Part shown: positions 26,599 through 40,439 of the stretch, piece after piece
Layout of the letters: each line of letters starts with the position of its first letter
How positions within the stretch are numbered: position 1 is the stretch's first letter
Assembly (NCBI RefSeq): GCF_006345805.1
Contig: NC_042998.1
Coordinates: 165,044,001 to 165,108,000 of the forward strand
Direction of reading: 5' to 3'
DNA: 64,000 nucleotides
Origin: Octopus sinensis
Taxonomy: Eukaryota
Made by a program: the position numbers and the translations under genes
Notes under the pieces: model-generated
Databases searched by the model: none
What the model was told of the DNA's origin: nothing
Seen by the model: the letters and a program-made list of their open reading frames with translations, nothing else

Positions 26599-27184
26599 TA
26601 ACAAAAACGACGAGAAAACATCTAAATATGTGTTATTGCTTGGCGCAAATGTAACATTCATGAAACCTCAAAAGCAATCCAATTAGCGTTGTATCTAAAA
26701 CAAGTTTTTTCTACAATAGCCTCAGATTGATACAAGCATTGTGTGTAGAGCTGAATATATGCAAAATTCATCAACACCCGTCGGACTGACTACATCACTG
26801 ATTCGGAGGTTTTGATCTAGTCACTCACTGCGATGCTGACGTTGCTTAGGAACTACGTTAAGGAATACACATGTCCTTTGGAATTCTCAGTCACATACGT
26901 GCCACCATATTGAAAACGTAACACAGTCAAACTACTGAATACTCACTACAAAAATCTACAGGAGATTCATTTACACCTGTTAAGATTGGCTACTGTTCTC
27001 TTATACATGAAGTTTCGCGCCGACCAAGCCTTTGGGCATTTATTAGGTGGCACTTTAAAAAAAGGATTTGTTCGTATCACTACGTGTAAATATAATCATT
27101 CTGTGTGTGTGTGTGCTTTATATATAGATATAGATTGCGTATAGTATGTATGTATGTATGTATGTATGCATGTATGTATGTATG

Positions 27185-27250
<66 letters not shown>

Positions 27251-27318
27251 CAAACATACATACATACAACATACATACATACATACATACTACATACATA
27301 CATACATACATACATACA

Positions 27319-27350
<32 letters not shown>

Positions 27351-27422
27351 AATATGTTTACACATACATATGTATAGATACATGTATGAATATATACATA
27401 CACACACATATTTTTATATATA

Positions 27423-27459
<37 letters not shown>

Positions 27460-28802
27460 TATATACCCCCCACACACACATATATGTATGTAATTATGTG
27501 TGTGTATTTGTATGTATGTGCTTTGTTAATCTACATACATCCACACACATTTTCATATCTGCCTACCTCGTTACTTACAAACGTATCCAGTTACCTTACA
27601 CATCCATAGCATAACGTTGTCCATGTAAGATAATTTGATCTGCAGTGATTTTATCAGCGCTTTCATTCACTGAACTTTGACATAATGAAATCAACACTAA
27701 TTTTGTTCTATTGGTGGTGATGTTAGCAAGGCTAGGGCAAGGCGAGCAGAGGTAGTGGAAAATATACTGCTGAATGTTTCAGTAAAAAAAAAATAACTAT
27801 AGCGACAGCGGGTATAGGAGAGGTAAGGGTAGTGTCAGCAGGGTGGAAGTTTAGATAACGGTATTGAATATGATGTTGTCGTAGGTGATGTTTCTCGCAT
27901 GTGGATTCACCGGCATTGTTGTTGGTTTTTTGCTCGAAGTCAGTTCTGGTTGAGCAGACCTACGATTAATTGCATTCCATATGTGGCAATCCCGTCTTTT
28001 TGGTTTTGTTCGTTTTTTTGCATTTATGCTGGCAAAGGACGGTGCCATTATCTAACGTTTTCATTCTTTTTAAGACTGTAGGACGTGATTTGAAGAAGGT
28101 TCAACTGTTATTTGTAGCAAGTCGAGTTACTACAAAAGAAGCTACCATGTTGGTCAGAGGGGATAATACTGGTTGTGGTGGTGGTGGTAGTTGTAGTGGC
28201 TGTAGCGGTATGGGATGGTAGTGATAATACTGGTAACGCTAGGTGACACAGTGGTGGTGATGGTGGTGAAGGTGGTAGTAGTGGTAGTTAGTGGTGGTGG
28301 TTGTGGTTGGTGTTAGTGGTGGCTGGGGTAGTGGTAGGGATAATATTTGTTACGGTAGTGGCAATGGTTTTGGCCGAGATACTGCTGGTGGTGGAGGCAG
28401 CGGTAGCAGCATAGTGTTTATTAGATAGCAGTGCAAGGAGATGGTGGTGGTGGCGGCGGCGGTTTTAGAGGGGATGAGGGGAAATGATTCTGTAGTGACA
28501 GAGGCAAGGGTACTTACTAGTTGTAGTTGCACGAACTAGTCACGGGAGTCATCTCGGAAGATTAGATAAGGGCAGACTGAACAGCAGAAACAATATCATC
28601 GCTGTCGACAACAACAACAACAGAAAAAATGAAAATTGAGCCTCCAGAGAATTTAGGAACCTTTACATGGTCACTTGTTTGCTCAGAAATAACGGCCAAC
28701 AATCCTGAAACCATAACTCAGGAAAAAGGCACAATAAATAATGCAGTCCGAGGTACTTTTATAGATTACAGGTTAGTCATGGTTGGAAACTTAGTCTTCT
28801 CG

Positions 28803-28836
<34 letters not shown>

Positions 28837-29054
28837 ACAACAACGACAGAAGCATTAGGAAATGTATCAGATCTCTGTCAAATTATTCAACATGAGAGCT
28901 AAAAATACGCCAGGAAGAACTCTTCAAAAACCTGTTCTCTCTTCTTGGTTGACCTAGTTTTCTGGTCCTTTGACCCTTCTGGCTGAATAATAACAGACTT
29001 ATTCTTTCAGAATTCAAATTCCATTCAAATGGGAGAAATATTTTTGCATTCTAA

Positions 29055-29275
29055 TGCAGCGAGCTGGCAGAATCGTAAGCAACGCCTGACGAAATGCTGC
29101 TAAGCATTTCGTCCGTCTTTACATTCTGAGTTGAAATTTCGCCGAGGTCGACTTTGCCTTTCATCCTTTCGGGATTGATAAGAGAAGTAACAGTTGAGTA
29201 CTGGGGTCGGTGTAACCGACTTACTCCCCATCCCCGAAATTGCTGGCCTTGTGCTAAAACTTCAAACCAATATTT
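29055..29275 (+). mobile_element. SINE family A
   Basis: Family A head, B box, central motif, tail. Confidence 0.9.
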
Positions 29276-30790
29276 TTGGATTCTGATCACAGATTGATCT
29301 TTCAGATTGTGAAAGCAAGTCAGAGAGTTTAAATTTAAGGGGTATCTTAAAACTCTGACGAAGGTAGAATTGCTTTGACTTACTTAACTATCTGAAAAAG
29401 GTTATAATTAAGGGTTACCCAGCCTTCATTCATAATAATAAAATCTGATAAGCACGATGTAATTATCACTGTTTCGGGTTGTAATGGTATCGTGATTATC
29501 TTCAGCATTTATCAAGTTAGTTACAGATAATGGTTATCAAATTAGGGAAGAAGACCTGAAATTGGTAGGAGGGACTACAGGGACCCCTGTACTCAACTAG
29601 TACTATATTTTATTGATCCCAAAAGGAGGAGAGTTGATCTTTGAGTGATTAGAACTCATAACGCTACTAAATGCTATAATGTCTGGGTCCATCGATATTG
29701 TATTACTTTGTTCCATAAGTTGGATGCTTTTTTTCAAGGTTTCATTGACAAAGTTGATAAACATACACAGAAATCGAAGGACAAGAAACGCCAGTACGGA
29801 GAGACCCAATTTGGTAAAACACTGTCATTGAGGAATTTGAAGTGACATGAAGCAATCGGGGGAGATTTTCATCAGTTTATTGGTCAACACTTTGATACAA
29901 AAGGGCTGATTCGAGCTTCTTCGATATTGCAGATTGACTCGGTGGCCACCGACGATTCTCGGTAGCAGAGGAAACAATCGCTATATTTCAAACATTTAAT
30001 ATTTGCCCTTATTAGAAACAATTGCTTATGGATGGTTAGCTTAATTAATTCATAAACACTAAACTTATGCAATTTTGTCTTGCACCAAAGTAAAATACAA
30101 CCAGTATTTCACTCAGAGTATTCCTTGTAGCAAAAATAATACTCTGAGAAAGTATAAATAAATGGAATATTTTCCTTCAGGGTTTTAACAACAAAACGGT
30201 ATTGTGTAGTATATTAAATGTTTTCTTCAAATTAATAAATCAGATAATAAAAAATGTAATTAGCTGAAACTGAACTTTGAGACATTTGACAACCTCAGCT
30301 ACAAAATTTCGATTATTATACACGTGAATGCGGGGTGGGGGGAACATTCAGCTATAAACAAGATAGAATTAATTTAAACAACAAAATATAAATGTAAGTT
30401 TAATCTCTGGAAGGAATTTTTAAGAAATGTGTTTGATAAAGGTATATTGCTAAATGTTTGTCTGTTTCTTATACAAAAACGTTTCTCTTGAGAGCAGTAA
30501 CTCGTGTATTTGTTGATTTTAAATAATGTATTTTGTGAAAGTAAAAATAAATATGATAAAAGAGAGAAAAAATTCTGACAGTAAGTTAGAAAATTTGAAT
30601 GTTCCGAAACTGTATTCAATAAAAAACAGATCAACAAGAAAAGTATGTATGTATGCATTTGTACATGTATGTATAAATGTATGTATCTTTGTAAGTTTGA
30701 GTGTATGTACTCATGCACACACACACACACACACACACACTGTGTGTCTCAAACACACATGCATATATGTAACTAATAATATTAATGTAC

Positions 30791-30825
<35 letters not shown>

Positions 30826-30829
<4 letters not shown>

Positions 30830-30852
30830 CTGTATTAATAATAATAATAATT

Positions 30853-30885
<33 letters not shown>

Positions 30886-31055
30886 ATAATAATATAATAA
30901 TATAATAATAATAATAATAACAATAATAATAATAATAATAATAATATAATAATAATAATGATAATATAATGCGCATTCTTATTACAAACCACACGATCTC
31001 ACACATAAATTCTCTCTTTCACACTGCCTCTCTCTTTTTCCCGAATATCTAACTC

Positions 31056-31087
<32 letters not shown>

Positions 31088-31779
31088 TGTGCATGCGTGC
31101 CTCTCTGTGTGTCTATGTGTGAGCTTATGTATGTGTGTCTGTGTGTGTGTGTATGCGTGTGTGTGTGTGCGTTTCTAATATTACAAATATTGTGATCTTG
31201 CATTTTTATTCCTATCAATATCTCTCAGCCCCCTCCTCCCTAATTTCCATCACTTACATCTATATACGAGCATATTCGTATATTTCATATTTACATAGAT
31301 CTAAAATAACGATCTATGTATGGCTTAGTGCGTGTAGAATTTACTTGCGTTTTCGTATGTTTGTGTATGTTTGCGCACACATTTGTGCGTGTGTGCGCGT
31401 GCGATTGGATAGAGTTTATCCATTTTTAATACACAGAATAGAATAAATCCGAAATTCAATTGCACCAAAAGAAAAAAAAAATGTAAAGAGCTCAGATATC
31501 AAATTATCATAAAATAAAAAAAAACACATACACAAAAGCGTTTCTTATATACAGGTACGTACGTACACATTTACATGCATCTATTATGTATGTATGCATG
31601 TATGTACGTACGTATGTATGTATGTATGTATGTATGTATGTATGTATGTATGTATGTATGTATGTATGTATGTCTATGTATTTGCGTATGTATGTATGCA
31701 TTTATGTACTATGTATACATGCATGTATACACACACACACATATATATATGTATATATATGTATGTATGTATATATATA

Positions 31780-31823
<44 letters not shown>

Positions 31824-31889
31824 TAACTGTATTAATAATAATAATATTATTATAATAATAATAATAATAATATTATTATTAATAATAAT

Positions 31890-31920
<31 letters not shown>

Positions 31921-32047
31921 TAATAATAATAATAATAATATAATAATAATAATATGATAATATAATGCGCATTCTTATTACAAACCACACGATCTCACAC
32001 ATAAATTCTCTCTTTCACACTGCCTCTCTCTTTTTCCCGAATATCTA

Positions 32048-32085
<38 letters not shown>

Positions 32086-32767
32086 TGTGCATGCGTGCCT
32101 CTCTGTGTGTCTATGTGTGAGCTTATGTATGTGTGTCTGTGTGTGTGTGTATGCGTGTGTGTGTGTGCGTTTCTAATATTACAAATATTGTGATCTTGCA
32201 TTTTTATTCCTATCAATATCTCTCAGCCCCCTCCTCCCTAATTTCCATCACTTACATCTATATACGAGCATATTCGTATATTTCATATTTACATAGATCT
32301 AAAATAACGATCTATGTATGGCTTAGTGCGTGTAGAATTTACTTGCGTTTTCGTATGTTTGTGTATGTTTGCGCACACATTTGTGCGTGTGTGCGCGTGC
32401 GATTGGATAGAGTTTATCCATTTTTAATACACAGAATAGAATAAATCCGAAATTCAATTGCACCAAAAGAAAAAAAAAATGTAAAGAGCTCAGATATCAA
32501 ATTATCATAAAATAAAAAAAAACACATACACAAAAGCGTTTCTTATATACAGGTACGTACGTACACATTTACATGCATCTATTATGTATGTATGCATGTA
32601 TGTACGTACGTATGTATGTATGTATGTATGTATGTATGTATGTATGTATGTATGTATGTATGTATGTATGTATGTCTATGTATTTGCGTATGTATGTATG
32701 CATTTATGTACTATGTATACATGCATGTATACACACACACACATATATATATGTATATATATGTATG

Positions 32768-32805
<38 letters not shown>
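30826..32805. repeat. ~1-kb tandem duplication (offset ~998 bp)
   Basis: The 103-aa ORFs 31135-31446 and 32133-32444 are identical. The non-microsatellite parts appear identical, and the breakpoints lie in (TA)n. Confidence 0.9.
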
Positions 32806-32810
<5 letters not shown>

Positions 32811-34561
32811 TCACATTCAGTTTCATACAAAGTAAATCAATGAAAAACTCATAAATTGCCAATAAAAAAAGACAAACATAACCCACACACTTAGACATAT
32901 ACACACGTATACACACACACACATTCTTCATTCTTATATGCATACATACATGCATGTTAGCATATATGCTTACATACATACGTCCAAACGTATATAGAGA
33001 TTTATTCACAAACTAGAAGAAAAATAGAAATGGAGAAACAATGATTGTGGAAACATCCACCACCAAACACACACACCTATATAACTGTGATTACATACAT
33101 ACATATATACACACACACACATATATATATATATACATACACACGTGTGTGTGTGCGTGTATGTGTGTGAGTGTATGTATGCTTATGTGAGTAAATATAT
33201 AATTATATACATACGTATGTATGTATGTATGTATGTATGTATGTATAAACCAATATGCACTGACGTACAGACAGATAATAATACACTCACACGAGCGGGG
33301 CACACTAACATGAAATATCTCATTGTAAAGACCTCTGTGTTCGGCGCCGTTCAAACTTATTCACTTTTCTCTTTGTGACTCCAAATTATTTGCAAGTCAA
33401 TACATTTCAAACTTGAAGATTTTACAGAGAAAAATCTTAGTTTCCTTTTTATTGTTGCATTTGTTGTTGCTGACGATGATAATGATGATGATGATGATGA
33501 CTCTATTGTTGCTGCTGCTGTTATTGATATTGTTGTCTTCGTTGTAAATATGGCCGCCGTGGTGGACTGATTGAAATGTGTTATTGTTTCTTTAAGATAT
33601 TACAGTATCTATTACGAATAAACAATATCTATTCTGAACTATCCCTTTGTTGTTGTTATAGGTGTTGTTGCTTTTTTTTTATCATCCCCTAGAACTTGAA
33701 GCAAGAGACTTATAAAGAATATCGAATATGACTAATTCTAAAAGTTAGGTTCAATTCTTTGTGTAATGTGACATCCGAATCAAGCGATAAGTATAAAGTA
33801 AAACGTTATTACATAACTGGACTATTTGCTCTGTATTCTTTGACTAGTTTTTCTTTATGTCAGTTATTTTCGTTCTCGTATCTATTACACAACTATGTCT
33901 GTTTTGATGATATTTGAAGCCAGTTTCTCACTCAAACACGAGTCAAACGATTCTACGATTAAAGACACCCCAGATATTTCCATTATACCATAATCTAAGA
34001 ACATGAATTTCTTGTTCATTATTTGCTGATGTTCAGCTCTCGGTCATCTTTGGTAAAAGAGATTTATTATCAAACGCATTGTAACCATCCATTTATTTTC
34101 AAATACTGAGGAGCGAATCAATTAATAATGCAAAACTTTCTACATGCCTTTTTAATAAACATATAGTTGAAACCTCGCTTAAAAAGCTAAAGAAACTGTC
34201 TGCTCCATAAGATTTAGGATATTACACAGGCTGTTTGAGCTATATCCGAGTTTGTATACAGTATAAATAACCAAAAACAATCCGAAAAAACCCGCCATTT
34301 ACATAGATGTGTAAAGAGTGAACATTTCTATATGCTACGTTGGATACATTGGTTGTTCGTCTGGTATTTTGATTTTGTTCATTCGTTATGAATCTTGAAT
34401 TATGCTTGCACTGAGGACTAAAAAGTGCATTACTGCACTAATTATGAAATCACGGTGATATACAGCTAAATTCTGTTTTTAAATGGCTTGCTTCGAGAGT
34501 TGCATTCGGTACGATGTGTTTATTTATTTTGGTAGTTTTGACTTTAAGAGTCCCCCCCCTG

Positions 34562-35761
34562 TCGTGTGGCATTTATGAATAGTAATGCCCTCTATATAAT
34601 ATATATATATATATAATTCTTAGTGCAAGTTTTGAAGAGTACAGTTCGACTTTAACAGTTATTTATTCAAAGCTATTATGGAAGTGACAAAGGTGCATAT
34701 CTGGCATATTTTGCTTTATGAGTTCAATAAAGGCAACAACCCAACAGAAAGTTCGGGGAATATTAATGCAGTATATGGGGATCGGACAATAAGCGTAAGC
34801 CGGTGCCAACGACAGTTCCAGAAATTCCCAGCCGGAAACTACACCCTAGATGAAGAGCCTCGTCCTGGAAGATCTGAAGAACTCGACGAGGACGTCATAT
34901 AAACCCTGGTGGAACAAAATCCCATTGTAACTGTTGAGGAACTAGCAGAGAAGCTTGGATTTGGTCATTCAACCATTCATCGAGAGTTGCGAGCCATCGG
35001 AAAAGCCAGCAATTTGGGTCAATGGTTTCCTCACAAACTTTCCGAGTCTAATCGCGCGCAGAGAGGGAACATGTGCCCTTCTTTGCTGTCACATCTCACG
35101 AATGAACCTTTTTTGGACTGAACAATGACTGGTCACGAGAAATGGGTTCTCTATAAAAACATCAAGCACCGAAGACTGTGATTAGGGAAAGGAGAAACAC
35201 CGGCACTCCAAGCTAAAGAAGGTTTTCACCGACGTATGGTATTGTTATCTGTCCGGTGGGATATAAAAGGTTTAGTCCACTTTGAACTTTTAAACTCAAA
35301 CCAAACAATAACAAAGGAGATCTACTGCGAGCAGCTTGAGCGGCTTAAATTAGTACTCGAAGAAAAGCGATCCTCATTGGTTTCAAGTCGAAAGGTATTC
35401 TTCCATCAGAATAATGCTCGGCCACGTACAGCGAGGATGACATTCCAAAGGCTGGAGCAGTTTGAATGAAAATCGATGCCCCACCCACCATATCCACCGG
35501 GCATTGCTCCATCTGATTATCATTTATTTCGTAGTCTTCAAAATCATTTGGACAAAAAAATATGGATTCTGTAGACGAGGTCAGAACTGTACTGGAGGAG
35601 TATTTTTCGTCACGGACAAGTGAATTATGGAAGAAGGGCTTTGCAATTCTACCAGATAGATGAAGAAGGGTATATTTTAGATTAAAAAAGAACTTTGTTT
35701 ATCTTAATTTTGAAAAATAAAAGAAGTATATAAAACGGCATTATTTATAGATGACACAATA
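34562..35761 (+). mobile_element. Mariner (DD34D-type) transposon with transposase pseudogene 34678-~35685
   Basis: MEVTKVHIWHILLYEF...PRPGR...GQWFPHKL...TGHEKWVLY...HQNNARP...PPYPPGIAPSDYHLFRSLQNHL, with in-frame stops and a late frameshift. The 3' TIR is AAACGGCATTATTTATAGATGACACAATA followed by TA; the 5' TIR candidate (34562-34590) is degenerate. Confidence 0.9.
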
Positions 35762-35764
35762 TAT

Positions 35765-36170
35765 ACATATACTTACTTGCTTACTTGTGGCGACATTCAC
35801 TCTGGGTGGGTTGAGTCGGCTTCTTCCACCACCCTCAAGGCATCTCGAACCATGGCAGTGGAAGAGGTTTCGTGGGAATATGAATTTCACAAGCGGTCCC
35901 CAACAATCCCGCATGTAGAGACATCCTGTTTGCCGCAGATTGTCCTTAGGCACAGGGACAGAACGACCGAGGAGCCGCCGGTTGCCGAAACATACACTCC
36001 GAGGATTTTCACCAGAGCTCCGTCTGCCGGGTTGTGGCCCTAATACCACTCGGTGTCAGACCAATCCGCCTTGGGTGGCCCTACCAGGAACCGAAGTTCC
36101 TGACGGCATAGCTCTGACACTACCCGTTGCCAGCGTCCCCACCACGGTGAGGAGGGGATGGATTTTGGGG
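35765..36170 (-). mobile_element. RTE-derived non-autonomous mini-element (5' UTR fused to 3' tail)
   Basis: The 5' end CACCGTGGTGGGG...GAGCTATGCCGTCAGG...CCTGGTAGGGCCACCCAAGGC matches the remembered RTE/Expander 5' UTR pattern. The 3' end is (AAGT)n-like (CAAGTAAGCAAGTAAGT). No long ORF. Confidence 0.7.
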
Positions 36171-36199
36171 ACGCATGAGGAGGGGATGGACTTTGTGGA

Positions 36200-36362
36200 G
36201 GCGCGTGGCTTAGTGGTTAGGGTGTCAGCATCATGATCGTAAGATTGTGGTTTCGATTCCTGGACCAGGCGACGCGTTGCGTTCTTGAGCAAAACACTTC
36301 ATTTCATGTTGCTCCAGTCCATTCAGCTGGCAAAAATGAGTAACGCTGCGATGGACTGGCGT
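36200..36362 (+). mobile_element. SINE family C, 5' and central part
   Basis: GGCGCGTGGCTTAGTGGTTAGGG...GGTTTCGATTCC...CTTGAGCAAAACAC. Confidence 0.9.
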
Positions 36363-36604
36363 GGGAAACACATATATACATATATATACAGAGTCGGTCA
36401 AAAGTCACGCACAAAATAAGTTAAATATTTCCGGAATTATTAAAGACAAGCCTCAGTTTTTCGGAAGTTAAATAGAACAATAAAGTAATAAATACACACG
36501 TACTTTTGCATTATGAAGAAAATAAATGAATAATAATAATAATAAAAATGTAATATAAATAAAACGTGAACTGTATTGGCCCACCATGTACTCGTATATA
36601 TATC

Positions 36605-37014
36605 TCTTTTACTCTTTTACTTGTTTCAGTCATTTGACTGCGGCCATGCTGGAGCACCGCCTTTAGTCGAGCAAATCGACCCGGGACTTATTCTTTGTAA
36701 GCCCAGTACTTATTCTATAGGTCTCTTTTGCCGAACCGCTAAGTGACGGGGACGTAAACACACCAGCATCGGTTGTCAAGCAATGCTAGGGGGACAAACA
36801 CACACACACAAACACACACATACATACACATATATATATACATATATACGACAGGCTTCTTTCAGTTTCCGTCTACCAAATCCACTCACAAGGCATTGGT
36901 CGGGCCGGGGCTATAGCAGAAGACACTTGCCCAAGATGCCACGCAGTGGGACTGAACCCGGAACCGAACCATGTGGTTGGTTAGCAAGCTACTTACCACA
37001 CAGCCACTCCTGCA

Positions 37015-37016
<2 letters not shown>
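36605..37016 (-). mobile_element. SINE family B, full length, young-looking
   Basis: Complete head, CORE-like motif, microsatellite and tail. Confidence 0.92.
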
Positions 37017-37070
<54 letters not shown>

Positions 37071-37071
<1 letters not shown>

Positions 37072-37280
37072 TTCTTTACTACCCACAAGGGGCTACACTC
37101 AGAGGGGACAAACAAGGACAGACAAACGAATTAAGTCGATTACATCGACTCCAGTGCGTAACTGGTACTTAATTTATCGACCCCGAAAGGATGAAAGGCA
37201 AAGTCGACCCTGGCGGAATTTGAACTCAGAACGTAGCGGCAGACGAAATACGGCTACGCATTTTGCCCAGCGTGCTAACG
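37071..37280 (-). mobile_element. SINE family A, full length
   Basis: Near-consensus copy. Confidence 0.92.
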
Positions 37281-38359
37281 TTTCTGCCAGCTCACCGCCT
37301 TATATATATATATATATAATTGTGTTGTCAGTGAATTCGAAGTTTCATATCGCTAAGCCATCACGAGACTCTCCGATGAATGTTTAGCAGACCGAAGTTT
37401 CGAAATCACTGTGAACGATATTTTTGTGAAACAATAATAAACATGGACTCAACAAATAAATATTGAGTAATCTTTCTGTTTAATGTAAAATAGTTTTCAT
37501 TATAACTCGACATAAAAACAAATGTCAATATGTGTGCCTGTGTGTCTATATGCATATGCACAAATATGTGTATACGTATATTTACACACATACGTACATA
37601 CATACACACACGCACACACACACATATACAATAAAGAGAGAGAAGAAAAGAGAGATGAGGTGAATAGATAAACAAGCAATAATAGAAACTATGAACTTCT
37701 TAATATAAGATATTACATATAAGCCAGTTGAGTTAATTTGATACGGCAAGAATTCAAGAAACAGGGTGCTAAATATCAAAGAAAAGTGAACATCATAGCA
37801 GATTATATGAAAGCATTGATCTCTGTTAGTGAATACATCACTTGAATCACAAACAATATCATTAGAATTCTTCATATATCATAACATATTACATCAAATG
37901 ATATATTATTCACCTCACATGCATTTACACTCGCGCATGCGCACACATGTTTTCCTGTATACAGCTTGATTGAATACTGCGTTTAATTTTCTAGAAGCAC
38001 GCTAATATAATGTTTCATAGATAGTTGTATAGCGGAGATAGCTTCAATAGATGAAGAATTTATCTTGTATGGTGTATAAGATAGCTTTCTTTGTCCTTGT
38101 TGTCCAAAGCCATGCAGCTGGCCATTCTGAGTTATTTTCTTTCGTTTATGTTTGTTATATGTATGCATGTGTGTGTGCGTGTATGTGTACATACATACTT
38201 ACATAAACAGAGATATAGATTAAAGTATGAAGGAGAGGCAAACAAATTAGCAAGACTTAACAAGGACATTTAATTCAATTTAGCTGTATAATGAAAGGCA
38301 GAGATAGCTGTCGATAGCTGTTTCTGGGATATCCCAGCTATTGAAACATCGTGCAAATC

Positions 38360-38436
<77 letters not shown>

Positions 38437-38735
38437 GTTTCTTTATTGGCCACACAGGGCTGCACACAGATGGGACAAATAACAAGGTAGAGCTTTTCTT
38501 TTGGGGGATGAAAGAAAAAAGTGGCTTAGGTTTTCGATCAAAAGGGATCGTAAAAGGGAAAGAGAAAAAAAAGAGACAAAAGGAAAAGAAACAAAAGAAA
38601 AGAAAAAAGAAAAAAGAAGAAAAAAGAGGAAAAAAGGGGAAGAGGAAAAAAACGATCAATAGGGATCGTGTATCACAGTCTCATGATGTACGGTGTAAAG
38701 GGGGAAGCAGATAGATAGATAGATAGATAGATAGG

Positions 38736-38770
<35 letters not shown>

Positions 38771-39019
38771 GTTAAACATATGTAACAGTGGAATAAAAAT
38801 TCCTCGTCAATGATAATTGTTGTGGTTCATTCTGTCCAGACAGGGAGGAGAAATTCAAATAAGACCAGTTAGATCTAGTGAGATTGGGTATTCATTAAGC
38901 AAATCCATGATCAGATATAATGGTTAGATAGTAATTCATAGTGAAGAAAAATGGATGTTAGTTGTTACAAAGTTGCACAAATGCCTCTAACTATCTCTAC
39001 TTTTCATTATATAAATAAA

Positions 39020-39263
39020 CGCGCCCTTTTAACTCCTAGCCAGGCTCATGGGCCCGGCTTCCCGGTTTCAATGGCGTATGTGTTCCCCAGCTGGACGGGA
39101 CGCCAGTCTATCGCAGCGTTACTCATTTTTACCAGCTGAGTGGACTGGTGCAACGTGAAATGAAGTGTTTTGCTCAAGAACACGACGCGTCCCCCGGTCC
39201 AGGAATCGAAACTACAATCTTACGATCATGGTGTTGACACCCTAACCACTAAGCCACGCGCCT
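39020..39263 (-). mobile_element. SINE family C with alternative 3' tail
   Basis: Head and central part as at 36200. The tail GACTGGCGTCCCGTCCAGCTGGGG...GAGCCTGGCTAGG differs from the 20541 copy. Confidence 0.85.
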
Positions 39264-39527
39264 CTACCTTTTCATTAATTACCAAAATTAAATTAAATGT
39301 CATTATCAAGTCTTGCCAATTTGTTTGCCTCTCCTTTTTTTACGTTACCTATACCTACTGATTGAAGAGAGAAGCCACTTCTAGCCGCTTTGGATAAGGC
39401 AGTCACAAAGCTACTTCAGCTGACACTCACACCGGAGTTTTAGTGTTATACCGATTTGAGCACTTAGACTGCATACCTATTGGTTTCAGTCACCTTGACG
39501 AAAACTCCTTGTATCATTTACATAACC

Positions 39528-39568
<41 letters not shown>

Positions 39569-40197
39569 GCGGGAGAGAGGGAGAGAGAGAAGGAGAGAGA
39601 GATAGGAAGAGGGAGAGAAGGAGAGAGAGAAAGAGAGTGAGACAAGTATGTAGTGATTAGCGTAGCCTGGTAGTTTGAATGTTGCACTCATGGTCTCAAG
39701 ATCGTCATTTTAGTTTCAGCATCGGAGGCGTTACGTTCTTCAACAAAACACTTAATCTCACGCTGCTCCAGTTCACTCGGCTGTAAATCAGTAAACCTGC
39801 GATAGACTGGCGTTCTTTTCAGGGAAAATATTATTTTGGTCACTTAATTTCCATGGAAACCGGATAACCAGGCCAATGAACCCTAAGGCTCGATACACTA
39901 ATGTCCAAGTGTATGCGTTCCTCTGTGTGTATGTGTGTGTGTATGTATGTCTTTGAGGTGTCCAGAGCTTATAGCTACATCTGTAGCACGATTTTACACT
40001 ATTAAGCATGAATTTGGATGCACAAATCTTCAAGGAACTTTCGTCATAATTGTTGAAGAATTTCCTCCTGTGGTTCGACTCATGAAATGATCACACCTCC
40101 CCAACACTGGCTCTTCTCCACATCTACATCAACATTAGCTTAATATGTAACCCTATTATTTGCTGGCTTTGTTCCAAAACTTGAAATCAATATATGC

Positions 40198-40365
40198 GAG
40201 AGCGGCAATGTGGCAGAATTGTTAGCTAGCCAGGCAGAAAGTTCTTCCGAGTCGACTTTGCCTTGCATTCTTTCGGGTTCGATACCGGTTTAGCACTGAG
40301 GTCGAAGTAATCGCTTTACTCCCTCCCCTGAAATTGCTGGTCTTGTGCCAAAATTAGAAACCAAT
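40198..40365 (+). mobile_element. SINE family A, diverged
   Basis: Family A motifs. Confidence 0.75.
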
Positions 40366-40439
40366 ATTTCCCCTACTGCAACAAACCTTAGAAAGCTTTA
40401 AGTATTATCTATCAAATCCCTATCACTTTTGCTATCTGC

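Noticed and set aside
36025-36052. GTGG-TATTAGGG-CCAC resembles the P1/loop of pistol ribozymes
   Set aside because: The required downstream CCCUAA pseudoknot partner and AAAUA linker are absent.
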